DNA of 64,000 nucleotides from Haliotis rubra (taxonomy: Eukaryota). Both the position numbers and the translations under genes were made by a program. How positions within the stretch are numbered: position 1 is the first letter of the stretch; the number at the start of each line of letters is the position of its first letter. The stretch lies in contig NW_025767419.1 of NCBI RefSeq assembly GCF_003918875.1, positions 310,001 to 374,000 of the forward strand, written 5' to 3'. Shown one piece after another: positions 23,200 to 35,362 of this stretch. The notes below the pieces were generated by a model. The model did no database searches, was not told the DNA's origin, and saw nothing but the letters and a program-made list of their open reading frames with translations.

Positions 23200-24800
23200 C
23201 AAATGTCTAAAAGGCAAAAGTCGATTTGGAGAAAATTAGAACTGAATTACAAAACAACGCAAGACAAGATATTTCTGTAAAATATTGATTCCCTCAAGGC
23301 AAAATTAAGGATTTGCACTTAAAGAAAGAAAAGACATGGGAAAATAAAAATAAGTTTTTCAAGCAGAACAAACTCTTTAAAAATAATGAAAAGCACTTTT
23401 ACACTCACTGAAAACGAAAGGTGATATTGAGCGTAATTTACGGCCTCTCATGGACGCCAATCAAAGGTTCTGGGAACGATTGCGGTCTGTACCCGGCGAC
23501 TGTAACCTTGAGGCACCATGGGTCCGTGATTAGGATCACGCAGTGCATGAAAAAAATTGCTGGGTCGTTTGTCTGTTACATGTTACCAAACTGCCTGAAA
23601 AGTGTTATCAAAAAGTCCAAATCTAATATAACTCCTGATGGCATTCGACACCGGTATTGGAAACTGTTCTTCTGTGTCCAAACACCATTACTTTACTGTT
23701 TCAACTCTCACGTGGACAGAGGCGATGTTCCTCCCTGGTTCTGCAAAGGTCGCACAATACTCCTTCCCAAGAATGGAGACTTGGCTGATCCTCAAATCTT
23801 CCGCTCTATCACATGTTTGAATACACAATATAAAATATTCACAGGGTGTTTGACAAACCTCGTGTCATCTTTCTGCTCTTCTAATGATATAATGTATAGA
23901 GAGCAGAAGGGAGCAAGGAAGGGATGTTGGGGTGCAAGGATCAACGTCTTGTAGAAAATAATATTTTGGTTAAGGCTAAAAGATAGCACCGCAACCTATC
24001 CATGTCCTGGATTGACTACAAAAATACAAAGAGGCATACGACTCTGTCCCTCACGAATGGATTCTGAAGTCTCTTCATTGTATTGATCTCCCTGAGCGAC
24101 TACTTGATTTACTTAACTCGTTGCTCGTTGTGTGAACTTGAGATGTACTCCCAAGGGCAGGTGCAGACTTCGGAAGAGTAATATTCCTGGGGGACACCTT
24201 CAGTCCTTTGCTTTTTTGTTTGTCTCTAAATCCTTTGAGCTTTCTGCTCAACAGAGAGGAGGGATACCATCCCGCACCTCCTCAGCGCAGATCCCCAACA
24301 CCGCTTACTCATCTCCTATACATGGATGACATTGAGCTCCTTGCCAAAGGAGATACCAATTTGAAAGAGCAGGCTCTCCTTGTCGAGTCCTTTTCTAAAG
24401 AAATTGGCATGATCTTTGGACTGGACAATGTAATATTCTTCATTTGAAATTTGAAACGTGGCAAGGTAGTTAATGATGGATCGGTCAAGTTACATGGGGA
24501 TGAAGGAGTTATTGAGCATCTTGTGGAAGATCAGGCCTACACCTATCTTGGAATGAAAGTTCGAGACAAGCTCCAGAATGCCAAAATTCTGGACAAACTT
24601 CGGGCCGAGTATAAAACTTGCTTAAAGAATCACCAAATGTGGTTCTTAAAGAAACTATTTGCATGAAATGTCCATTGTGTAATGAATTTACAGAGAATGT
24701 CCAACACCTTGTCAGTGGAAGCCCTTCCTTGGCACAAACAGCATATCTTAAACGACATGATGGCATGACTCGTTGTTTCTACCACTGTCTTCGCCATGCC
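23200..24800 (+). mobile_element. Decayed non-LTR retrotransposon (RT plus CCHC-like region; R4/NeSL-type RLE clade)
   Basis: Frameshifted RT motifs: GRTILLPK..FRSITCLNTQYK, EQKG, SWIDYK..AYDSVPHEWI, GDTFSPLLFCLSLNPLS and HLLYMDDI. C-terminal CPLC..E.VQHLVSG...RHD. Confidence 0.82.
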
Positions 24801-27800
24801 TTACCAAACTGACTGTGTCAGGGTCAAAAGAACCCTCTCTGTTGCATACTGATTTTTATAATCTGTAAAACATAATAATAAAGGCAGTTGTAACATACAT
24901 ACAATCTGATCAGTATTACCCCGGATAATCTGGGTTATTACTGTCCTATTCCCATTTTACATAAAATCACCTGATCCCATATTTCAAGTAAGGATAAAAG
25001 TAAGTTCTACTTCTCGCTTCTGTAGAGGAGTAGAACATCCAATGATACCATGATTGTTATAGCCATAATGTACCCGAGTTGCCGAGGTTTTTTTGTGGCG
25101 CACATTTTCATAAGGTTTGAAAAGTTACGGTTGTGCGAGAATTGCGCTTACGTGGCCCTTGATCTACCTATGCCTATAAAATTACACAGAATGTAGAATA
25201 TATAATTTCTTATCCGAAAGCATACATTCAAGTGCAAGTACTTAGGCTGTTTAAAAAATAGACACTGCTACGTTTTGTTTTGACATCAGTGTAACACAAA
25301 TGAAAAAGAATATTTCACAACACCCGAAGATAAGACTTTTCTTTGTTTTTGATTATGTGGATATTTCTCTTCATAAGTATGCAATGAAAGATGCAAAACG
25401 ATAGCTCTTTTTGTATGGAACTATCAGAATAGTAATACTGATGTAAGGTTTGTCCAAATTGAGACATGGTTTATATTTGTTTTTACAATTTTCTTGGAAA
25501 TATAGTTACAATATTTTTAAATCGAATTTGAATTCATAGTGAATCGTAAAACGTAACTATATATAGGTTTACACTTTCTTAGAAAAGTTCAGATTAAAGT
25601 ATATTCATTGGGTTGAGTCCCATCCGTGATTCGAACCCACACCTTCAGAGTCAGGCACCAGACCCTCTCAGCCACCGCGGCTTTCACAAACGGAAGTTTG
25701 ACAACTGGTAGTCTAGACCACGGACTGTGCAGCCCTCTCTGATAAGTGCCAATTAGAAAGTGGTCAAATGTAACATAAGTTTTTTTTGGGATTGCACTTT
25801 CTCAGCAAATCAATATACATCATTGTTTTGTCTATGAAACGACACAAACACATTTAATGAACAAGACAATTCCTTTCAATATGCGTGCACATACATTTCA
25901 TAAAATATAGAGGTTAAATTCAATCGCTGTTAATTAACCTGTTCATATGAAACTGCAATATAGGTTCCAATATTGAATACTCCACACCATAGGAACTAAG
26001 GTACGTGTTTATATTTGTTTTTACATTTTTCGTTGAAATATAGTTACAGTCTGTTACCTGTTATCACAATATTTTTACATCGAATTTGAACTGATAGTGA
26101 ATCGTAAAATGTTAATTACAAACGCGCACCTGGCCAATCAATATACATCATTGTTTTGTCTATAAAACGACACAAACATATTTAATGAACAAGACAATTC
26201 CTTTCGATATGTGTGCATATACATTTCATAAAATATAGAGGTTAAATTCATTAACCTGTTCATATGAAACTGCAATATTGATCCGTCCCAATATTGAATA
26301 TTGCACATCATCGGAACCAAAGTACATGTTGTACAGTCAAGTACATGATGCCTACGTTTCTTCTTCCAACACTTATGTAAAAGTTTCAAGCATGATGTAC
26401 TACGCTAAATGTTTCAATTTCTTATGTTGATATTATTTAAACAAGTAAAAAGTTTCAAATAATGGCCTATATCAACTTATGATATGATACTGAACAAGGC
26501 TAAATGAAGATAATGAAATTAGTTTCATGAAAAAAATATCTATACAATACGCAAAATATCTATTCATTATAATACTGAAAGTGTAATCGGCAGGATATGG
26601 TGATTGTGTTACTTTTTTCAACCGACTTTTACCTCAAAGAAATTGCCAAATATGTACAACAATGTTGTCGCATGACATCACTACCGGTGACCGATGACCG
26701 ATTTCTTACAAAATGGCAGCTTCACTGACATGGGTACGCATGATTCTGTGCGGGTCCTTCCCTTGATTCAGGGATCGGTTTTTACATAAATATGTTATGT
26801 AAGTAATCAGAAACATCCTGACTTTCAGCGTATAGTCAACTGTTTGTGTTATTTTCATTGTAAGTAAGAGAAGAAGCCAGAAATGCCGATAATTACTGTT
26901 GTCGTGCTGCGTGATTTTGCATTAGTCATGGCGTCACGTTGCACATAAACTTTGCAATGAATAGCTTTTGTATGAATAGCTCAATTTACTGTGTCGTATC
27001 CTGTTTCTTACTACGAGACTGCTGTCATTCATATTCTAAAACTATTGAGCCAATGCATGCAACGAATAAACGAATGGATGTTTGAAAAAATGCTACGCAA
27101 TGTAAAAACTGAATTTGTATTTATATTATCACGCTGAATTTTTCTCTCAGGTGAAATTTCGCTATATATATACACTTGGAATATTCGAAGTGAACTTTAA
27201 GCCAATGATACTTGGTCTCTTTGTATTTTGGCACTTCCACTTTTAAATGACCAATGAACATAGATGTAGCAAATTAGGATTAGGAGCCACGTGACCATGT
27301 GGGTAATCCGAAATACTTGTCCCGCTTTAATGCGGAAATCGAATTTTCTATCAATCTCTAATTTAAACACATTCTGTGTTTTTACTGATCAAAAACGTTA
27401 ATAAACTGGTGCACTGTGAATTCAAAACAACTTTACACGTAAGTGAGCACACTTGTACTAGTTCAGTGCATAATTTCGAATTGCAGAATCGGAAAATCCA
27501 TTACATTTTAGTAACACCCGTTAGCTTGTCCAAGATACATCGCGCTCACATACAAGAGTGGTCACAGGTCACGTGATTCAAAATGACGCCGCTCACGTGC
27601 GAGAGATCGACTGAGATGTTTGATGGCTTGCCAATATTAACCTCTGGATATATTGATAACGAAAATAGGGCGCACTTGACTTATAAATACAAAGAAGACA
27701 TTCATATAAGTTTTCGTGGGCAATAATCGTAACGGGTGCGCGAAAGTGCGACAAAGGATTTCCTCTGTTGCGGCCTATAGACGTGCTTCATTCGTATTTG

Positions 27801-27820
27801 TGAGCGTTATGTAACTTATA

Positions 27821-29235
27821 CCCCCATTTCACTGGGCGCCGACCCATCAACGACCATCCAGATCTATGCCGATTCCAGTTTCCACACTCGAGCGGGCTCA
27901 ATATCAATCGTGGAAAAAAATCCCCAGATGTATGCAATTACGCTTGATATACGCTGAGGGGCGGTGGGGTAGCCTAGTGGTTAAAGCGTTGGCTCGTCAC
28001 ACCGAAGACCCGGGTTCGATTCCCCACATGGGCACAATGTGTTAAGCCCATTTCTGGTGTCCCCGCCGTGATATTGCTGGAATATTGCTAAAAGCGGCGT
28101 AAAACTAAACTCAGTCAGTGATATACGCTGAACGTACAATCAACGTACGCTTTATGCGACTATGATACGATGCACAGCTACTCTAGGCACGATCTGAACC
28201 GACTGCGAACATGTCCCGATTTTCCCCGATTCAACACGCTCAGGTGACGCTTTGATCACGTTCTGATCACGCTGGATGTTGGACATACGCCCATGGCGAT
28301 CCGTTGCAATTCTATTCACGCTTTATCCGATCAACTCCCGATTAATCTTTGATGATGTCACGATCAAATCGGCTAATTTTCCTGAAAATTCTGGTATAAC
28401 AGTTCACAGCCGCTCTTGATTTCTCCATTCACGGCTGCATTGAAAACATGGACCTCCAAGCTTTCCAACCATTGCTCATCCTCCAGCACCAGTTTCAACT
28501 TAACCAGAGACAAAGGATGATACTGTTGCTACGAATGTTGAACTTGAGAAGAAGAAGAAAAGCATTTTGGATGCACCCGTGGTTGGCTCAAGAGAGAAGA
28601 TTAATGTTTGGACACTATGATAGACTGACTGATGCGTGAGTTGAGATCTGAAGATACTTCATCATTTTCAATTACCTGAGGATGCCTCCTCTCATATTTG
28701 ATGAACTGCTCAACACAGTTGGTCCAATACTGGAAAAGTCGGAAACGAACTTCAGAAAAGCCCTTGAACCAGGACTGATCTGGCAGTCACCCTCAGGCAT
28801 ACTAAGTTTTAAGTACCCCACCCTCTCCTATGATTTCAGAGTCTCCGGGCACACAATTGGACAGTTCCTGCCTGATGTGAGTGGTGCTATAGTGGAACAC
28901 TACAAAGATGAGGTGACCAACTGCCCTGTTACATCTGAGGAATGGCGAAGAGTGAGCTTAGACTTTTAACTCAATTGGAACATGCCTCATGTCATTGGGA
29001 CCCTTGATGGAAAGCATGTTGCCATACGTAAACCTCCCAGATCAGAATCCCTCAATTGGTTTCCCTCCTGCTGATCCACTTCCCAACGATGACCAAGACA
29101 CACCCTACTTCATCCTGGCTGACGACGCATTTGCACTTCGAACGTATCTGATGAAACCTTACTCGAGCAGGGGGGACAGGAGCTGATCTCTGAACAGGAG
29201 CTGATCACCAACTGCAGGTTGTCAGAGGGCAAGGA
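27821..29235 (+). mobile_element. Decayed PIF/Harbinger transposon (internally deleted transposase pseudogene)
   Basis: Broken frames at 28448-29235: [53 protein letters not shown] and NCRLS. Probable left end ccccatttcactgg at about 27821. Contains a SINE. Confidence 0.8.
27958..28118 (+). mobile_element. Short tRNA-derived SINE (family 2, about 160 bp)
   Basis: ggggcggtggggtagcctagtggttaaagcg...ggttcgattccc head and tail gctggaatattgctaaaagcggcgtaaaactaaactca, flanked by a tgatatacgctga duplication. Other copies: 31220-31393(-), 31485-31645(+), 40617-40772(+), 45960-46222(-), 55368-55534(-). Fragments near 15527, 20527, 47220, 58540 and 63580. Confidence 0.88.
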
Positions 29236-30288
29236 TGGTAGTTTACATATATGACCGTATTAGAACAGAGGTTACGTGGGAAGATATGACATATGTAAGC
29301 TCTGTGGGACAGAGGTCGGGCCTCGCTGTTCAGATCGTGAAGCAAATTAGACAGAGACCTTTGAGTGATATAAGTGGTGAATTTAAGTAAGGAAGAAACC
29401 AATTTGTCTCGAAAAGTTCAATTCGCAAAGGAATTGCACCGTGAAGGAGTTTACAGGCGCATTACAAATAAAAGATGATTGTCAGGGGTGTGAACAATAA
29501 AACAAACAACTGTAATGTGCTTCACGGGGGATGAAGAGAGGAAAATTCTTCTGACGAGCGTCAATTTGATGGGTGCCATGGTATAAATTTTGTTATCTCG
29601 ATTTTCCGACCCGCATGATATTACTGGTAATATGTGCCGACCAATATTACTGGAATAACGTAAAAGCAACGTAATTACCACTCACTCACTTAGATTATAA
29701 CCAGACTCACTGACTTGGTAGACACATGTCTTCGTAGCCTAATTTCATAGATTGATGTTAATGAAGTTGATCACTGGATTGTCTGGTCCAGACTCGATCA
29801 TTTACAGACCGTTGCCATATAGCTGGAGTATTGCTGAGTGCGGTGTTAAACAAACCAACAAATAAATCATTAACCCTCTAAAGCAAAACTGACGAGATAG
29901 TTCCTGAGATGTGGACTGTGTGGCTGTGTGTAAGCAGCTTTGGACATTTTAGTACATGTTATTAAATTTGTTTGTATTTATTTAGTTATATTAAGTTAAT
30001 GATGAGAGGATATCACACAGCAGACACTCACCCCTTCATCTAAAACACGAACACAGGTGAGGTAAACGTAGTGCAAACCCCAAACAGCATTAGTGTTGTT
30101 GCATGCTATAAAGTGTGATACGACCTTGCCATATCTGAACGTGAGGCTAGACAACGTGTGTAAATATTTACAGAAGGATTTATATCACATTCATACACCA
30201 GAGTGATTCGGGGTCGTCGAATGATTTAAATTAAAGTTTGCAGGGCCTTGTGTTCATTTACAGGAACAGTATGTTAAATGTTTTACAG

Positions 30289-30531
30289 ACCCGTGAAGAT
30301 CCGGGTTAGAACTGATCTTCAGTAACCCATGCTTGTCGTAAGAGGCGACTAACGGGATCGGGTGGTCAGGGTCGCTGACTTGGTTGACACATGTCATCGT
30401 ATCCCAATAGCGTAGATCGATGCTCATGCTGTGTTGATCATTGGATTGTCTGGTCCAGCAGACTCGATTAGTTACAGCTCGACGCCATATAGCTGGAATG
30501 TTGCTGAGAGCGGCGTTAAACAACAAACCAA
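30289..30531 (+). mobile_element. SINE-like family 3 element
   Basis: acccgtgaagatccgggttagaa...ttgtcgtaagaggcgactaacgggatcgggtggtcagg...gccatatagctggaatgttgctgag, flanked by a tttacag repeat. Partial copies at about 29700-29860, 42140-42240, 54160-54320 and 57453-57635. Confidence 0.75.
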
Positions 30532-30942
30532 TTTACAGGAACTGTGTGTTCAACGTTGAACCTGTTTGTTGTTAATGTATCAAAACAATGAAACATCCTG
30601 CCTGATGTACTGATGGCATCTATGTTGTTAGATATGTTAAAGTAATATATAAACACCTTTGCTTAACGGCAAATAACGTCTACGCAATGCTACGAGTGGC
30701 TGAAAATATACGTCCACGCGTTGTTGGTAAACTGTAAACAGGAATCACGCAAAACGAAATTGTCAGACTTTTCATATTTTCAACACAAATCCATCTCTTT
30801 GAAGATGTTATCTGTAACAGGGTAACAGATCTGTCATCTGTCATGAATCACGTCGGGGCAGTCGTGCACGTGTGACGTCACGTGTCCAAGATAAAGACGT
30901 ACAGATGTACAAATAATCCGTCCATTAACATGTAATACCTGA

Positions 30943-31140
30943 AGAACAATGACAATTATTATGGATATACAACTTCTTTTTTTCTGTGGAGGCGACGTTT
31001 CGACATAGGTTCTAATGTCGTTGTCACTTGCTTTAGAACCTATGTCGAAACGTCGCCTCCACAGAATAAAAGAAGTTGTATATCCATAATAATAGTCATT
31101 ATTCTTCATCAACTCAACTTCTAAAATGCCCATCAAAGAA
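30943..31140. mobile_element. Penelope-like foldback insertion
   Basis: Inverted arms of about 75 bp (30941-31016 / 31033-31106), a cgaaacgtcg...aataaa motif, and a 13-bp flanking duplication atgtaatacctga (30930-30942, 31141-31153). Confidence 0.6.
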
Positions 31141-31219
31141 ATGTAATACCTGACTTTATGATGTCAGAAACCACTCGAGAAAGGTCGTGCAAGGGTCGAC
31201 AGGCTTCCAGTAGAATAGT

Positions 31220-31645
31220 GATTGAGTGATTGAGTGCAGTTTTACGCCGCTTTTAGCAATATTTATTCCATCAATATCACGGCGGGGAAGACCAGAAATG
31301 GGCTTCACACACTGTACCCATGTGAGGGATTCGAACCCGGGTCTTCGGCGTGACGAGCGAACGCTTTAACCACTAGGCTACCCCACCGCCCCTCTGTGTG
31401 TGTGTGTGTGTGCGTGCGTACGTGTGTGCGCGCGCGCGAGTGTGTGTTTTCATTCGTATATCTTGCAAACACAACATTGAAGTCGGGCGGTGGGGTAGCC
31501 TAGCAGTTAAAGCGTTCGCTCGTCACGCCGAAGGCCCGGGTTCGCTCCCCTCATGGGTACAAAGTGTGAAGCCTATTTCTTGTGTCCCCCGCCGTGATAT
31601 TGCTGGAATATTGCTAAAAGCGGCGTAAAACCCAACCCTCTCACT
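31220..31645. mobile_element. Head-to-head pair of family 2 SINEs separated by a (TG/CG) microsatellite
   Basis: Minus copy 31220-31393 and plus copy 31485-31645. Confidence 0.85.
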
Positions 31646-32689
31646 TGATTGAAGTCGGTGCTCTTGAAACAAATTACATCCTTGGAATCAGATATCGGGG
31701 ACCAAGCATCCTTCGAGTGACACCAAGATATATCCACTTATCCTCCTCCTGGCGGTAATGTACTACTTCCGTTAGCAGCGAAATGAGATGACACGCTCGA
31801 CTTTTCAAGTGGTATCTATACCAGCTCTATACTCTATAGATGATATTAAGTTACATAATGAAACGTTTATCAAACCATTCTAAAGTGCTTCGGTATCAAA
31901 CGACTACCTCTTACATTTCATAGTGTGGTAATAGGAAGCAACACTTATACGGTGTACAGCGAGTGTGAAGTGGACAAGGACTTCTTCCTTCTTTCTTACC
32001 TCAAACTGCCTTGAATCAAAATAGCATGGTTGTGTTAGTCACAAGAGTGAGTTTGAGTGAGCATAGGCGGATTGTCTCCATAATTTTGTGTGCAGGGTGC
32101 GCCTTTGTGGTGAAAGTTTGTTAAATGACCATTGAAACTCGGGTGAAAATGAAGTGTGCATCCCTCCTTTTCTCAATAGTGTGCACCCCCCTTTCTCAAA
32201 AAGCTGTATCCGCCCCTGGTGAGTGAGTTTAGTTTTACGCCACGTTTAGGCCTTGACTAATCAGTGTTGACTGCATGCGAATGTGTCTAATATGTAGAGT
32301 GAGTGAGTATAGTTTTACGCCGCTTTCAGCAATACCGGTAACTCGATTTTCGATTAACTAAAAGTTTGCTAATAGTACGTATATAACAACCAGTCTCCAT
32401 CATCCGAAAGAAAATGTACGGAATAACATATCCGAATTCGTACCTGTCTATAACGAGCTCAAAAGGACCACTAACTATAATTCGTTATAACCGTAGTTCG
32501 ATATACGCATTTCGACTAAAATATACAAGAGATCAATCAAAAGACAATTCGTTATCATCTTGTAATACATAATATCGGACAAATATTGTGTTTTAACCTT
32601 TATTACAATTTAAACAAGCAAAACATCGACAGCTATGAAATTAAGAGGAAAGTATTAAATATATATATATATATCTTTGGATTACAAGT

Positions 32690-32810
32690 GTATATGTATG
32701 TATGTACATGTATGTATGTATGTGCGTGCGTGCGTGCGTATGTATGTATGTATGTATGTATGTATGTATGTGTGTGTGCGCGTGCGTGCTTGTATGTATA
32801 CACGTGTGTG
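32690..32810. repeat. (TATG)n/(TGCG)n/(TG)n compound microsatellite
   Basis: Directly visible in the sequence. Confidence 0.9.
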
Positions 32811-33344
32811 TCTTTCGACAGTATTGTTCCTGATTTCAGTATTACCGCTTCTTCAATGCATACATTATCACGTTATTATTTAAAGGCAAAGGCAATCGTA
32901 TGATTACATTCTACAAAACATACACCAAACTAATTACATAAATGATAGCAGACAAAAACGACGGGATTAATAAACTTTCAAGGTGAAGGAATAAACACTG
33001 CGTTGTGACGTGAATCAGGTGTCTTGTTGATTTATGTACATAACTTGACACGCCCACAAAGTAACAGCATCAAAACAAAGTTCATATATATAGGATGTAT
33101 ATAGAAGAACAACAGGCAGACCCTAACGAACCAAAACAATGTCAGGAGAAGCCGCCTGTTTCATCGGGTAAACGCATCATGGTTGATAATTCATGAATAC
33201 TTTTGGTGATGGAGTGGAGATTGAGCACACAGTTTCATTAAATTAACCCCAAAATATCCATAATACCTAACATTTTTGTTCTAAAGGCAGATCGATGAAT
33301 TGAAACAAATTGACAGTGGAGTATATGTTCTTGCAATCAGCACA

Positions 33345-33868
33345 GGCAATGTTTTAATTACACTATAGTCAGGTATTGTCTTAATTACACTATAGTCAGG
33401 TATTGTCTTAATTACACTATAGTCAGGTATTGTCTTAATTACACTATAGTCAGGCAATGTCTTAATTACACTATAGTCAGGTATTGTCTTAATTACACTA
33501 TAGTCAGGTATTGTCTTAATTACACTATAGTCAGGCAATGTCTTAATTACACTATAGTCAGGTATTGTCTTAATTACACTATAGTCAGGCAATGTCTTAA
33601 TTACACTATAGTCAGGTATTGTCTTAATTACACTATAGTCAGAATTACACTATGTCTTAATTACACTATAGTCAGGCATTGTCTTAATTACACTATAGTC
33701 AGGTATTGTCTTAATTACACTATAGTCAGGTATTGTCTTAATTACACTATAGTCAGGTATTGTCTTAATTACACTATAGTCAGGTATTGTCTTAATTACA
33801 CTATAGTCAGGTATTGTCTTAATTACACTATAGTCAGATATTGTCTTAAATACACTATAGTCAGGCAT
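33345..33868. repeat. 27-bp minisatellite (about 19 copies) just downstream of the GPCR stop
   Basis: Unit ttaattacactatagtcaggtattgtc. It produces the spurious PDYSVIKTI ORFs. Confidence 0.95.
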
Positions 33869-33982
33869 TTTTCCAGCAGCGCGTTCACTTAGATATCCAC
33901 AGTGGGCACACAGATTAATCTGTGAAACACTTGTTACATCCGGGATGTGGGAAAACAAAAGTATCACGAACAGTTGCCGTAC

Positions 33983-35362
33983 TTAGGCTTTGCTGGTCAT
34001 CTTCATTGACAGACGGTGAATTTCACGACGAAAGTTTGCGTTCCAGAAGCTGTAGATTATAGGATTTGATGCACTTTGAAGAAAGTAGGACCTTTGAAAG
34101 ATGTGAAAGAGGACGAATCCTGCTCCGTCGAGCTCTGACAGAAGGTTCTTTTTGACAGAAGCCGCGATGGTCAGGGAAAGGTGGGGAAGGAACGACGCCA
34201 CAAACGTAACTGTTATCAGAAACATCATGAACGTTGTCCTTCTCGTTACTTTTGTTCGCTGTGAGCACCGTGTTTCACGTCTTGCACTTACAGATCTAGA
34301 ATTCGATCTGTTTCCACGTTCAATTAACGAAGTCTGGTCAGCAGTCGATACCATGGCTGGCTGATTTTCAGACTTCCCAGCTGCATCCAAAGATTTGATT
34401 CTTTGATCTGTGACGTCACTTTCATGGGAAATACTGTTCTCGTTCTTAGGAACACCGTCCCCAGATCCGCCATGTAATGGTGTTTCCCGAACGCCATCTT
34501 TACCACCGTGGTTCAAGGGCGCCAGTTCTGTCATAGGAAGTCTGCATTCGTCTTGGTCCGACTTGGAAGAACTTACAATGTCGACTGAAGTGTTTGGAGC
34601 ATTGACAGAAACATCTGTTGGTGTATCTAGAACCATTATCCTTTCCTCAACCCTTCTTCGTACAGAAACAGTCTCTTTGAACCTTTTCTGAAGTATGATC
34701 TGCCTCCAGATCAAGCTATACACAACTGCAATGGTCAGTGCTGCTCCAAAGAACACCAGGAACTGAACACCAAGGTACACAATGTGCAGTGTTGAACCGA
34801 TGAACTGGTCAGATAAGGAACAGTCCACTCCCGTGATGTTGATCCTGTCGGTTGGCACCGTCCTGCCACCATAGATGAAGCCGGCAGGGACGGCAAGCAC
34901 CACTGCCAGAGAGCAACAGATGGCAATGGAGATGTTGGCTACCTTTGTCGTCATCTGGATCTGTAGCGGACGACATATCTTCTTGAATCTGTCCACCGCT
35001 ACAGCTACAAGAACGCTTCCAGAGGCAATGGAGTTGATGGTCTCGAACAGCTTCATTAGACGACATATCTTGTATTCTCCGAAGGTGTACGTGTGTCTCA
35101 TATCAATGACCTCAAACGGGATGCTGGTGAAACAGTTGATGAGATCGAGGACAGCAAGAGCGATTACGAAACATCGGGTCGTGCTGGGCTTGAACTTAGC
35201 GATGTAGACGTAACACACCAACGAGTTTCCAAGGACGCCTATCAGCATCAGGATGACGAGGAAGAGGATGACAGGGAAATATTTAATGGCGTAGAGGTCG
35301 TCATGACGTCGTAGATATTCTTCGATCTCATTGCTGGTCAGATCTGAGATGTTTGAATTCAT
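33983..35362 (-). CDS. Rhodopsin-like (class A) GPCR, 459 aa, single coding exon; orphan, peptide-receptor-like
   Basis: Seven hydrophobic segments with GN (TM1), LAVLD (TM2), Cys at the top of TM3 and in ECL2, DRF..IC.P, FLP (TM6) and NPIIY (TM7), plus a long Ser/Thr-rich ICL3. A splice acceptor (ctttctatttaccag) lies 6 nt before the ATG and a candidate donor at about 36008, suggesting a 5'UTR intron. Confidence 0.95.
   Translation of the reverse strand: MNSNISDLTSNEIEEYLRRHDDLYAIKYFPVILFLVILMLIGVLGNSLVCYVYIAKFKPSTTRCFVIALAVLDLINCFTSIPFEVIDMRHTYTFGEYKICRLMKLFETINSIASGSVLVAVAVDRFKKICRPLQIQMTTKVANISIAICCSLAVVLAVPAGFIYGGRTVPTDRINITGVDCSLSDQFIGSTLHIVYLGVQFLVFFGAALTIAVVYSLIWRQIILQKRFKETVSVRRRVEERIMVLDTPTDVSVNAPNTSVDIVSSSKSDQDECRLPMTELAPLNHGGKDGVRETPLHGGSGDGVPKNENSISHESDVTDQRIKSLDAAGKSENQPAMVSTADQTSLIERGNRSNSRSVSARRETRCSQRTKVTRRTTFMMFLITVTFVASFLPHLSLTIAASVKKNLLSELDGAGFVLFHIFQRSYFLQSASNPIIYSFWNANFRREIHRLSMKMTSKA

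Noticed and set aside
25446-26330. Degenerate local duplications (25446-25560 vs 26006-26115; 25809-26005 vs 26137-26330), also about 36315-36570 and 60450-60575
   Set aside because: Ordinary short tandem duplications with no coding or structural signal.
33281-33967. ORFs of repeated PDYSVIKTI; possible CRISPR-like array; ACACTATAG resemblance to the SP6/T7 promoter end
   Set aside because: A 27-bp stop-free tandem unit produces ORFs automatically. There are no unique spacers or cas genes, the context is eukaryotic, and the phage-promoter match is only about 9 nt.
34023-35314. Several alternative-frame and antisense ORFs overlapping the GPCR
   Set aside because: Shadow ORFs of a relatively GC-rich coding exon.
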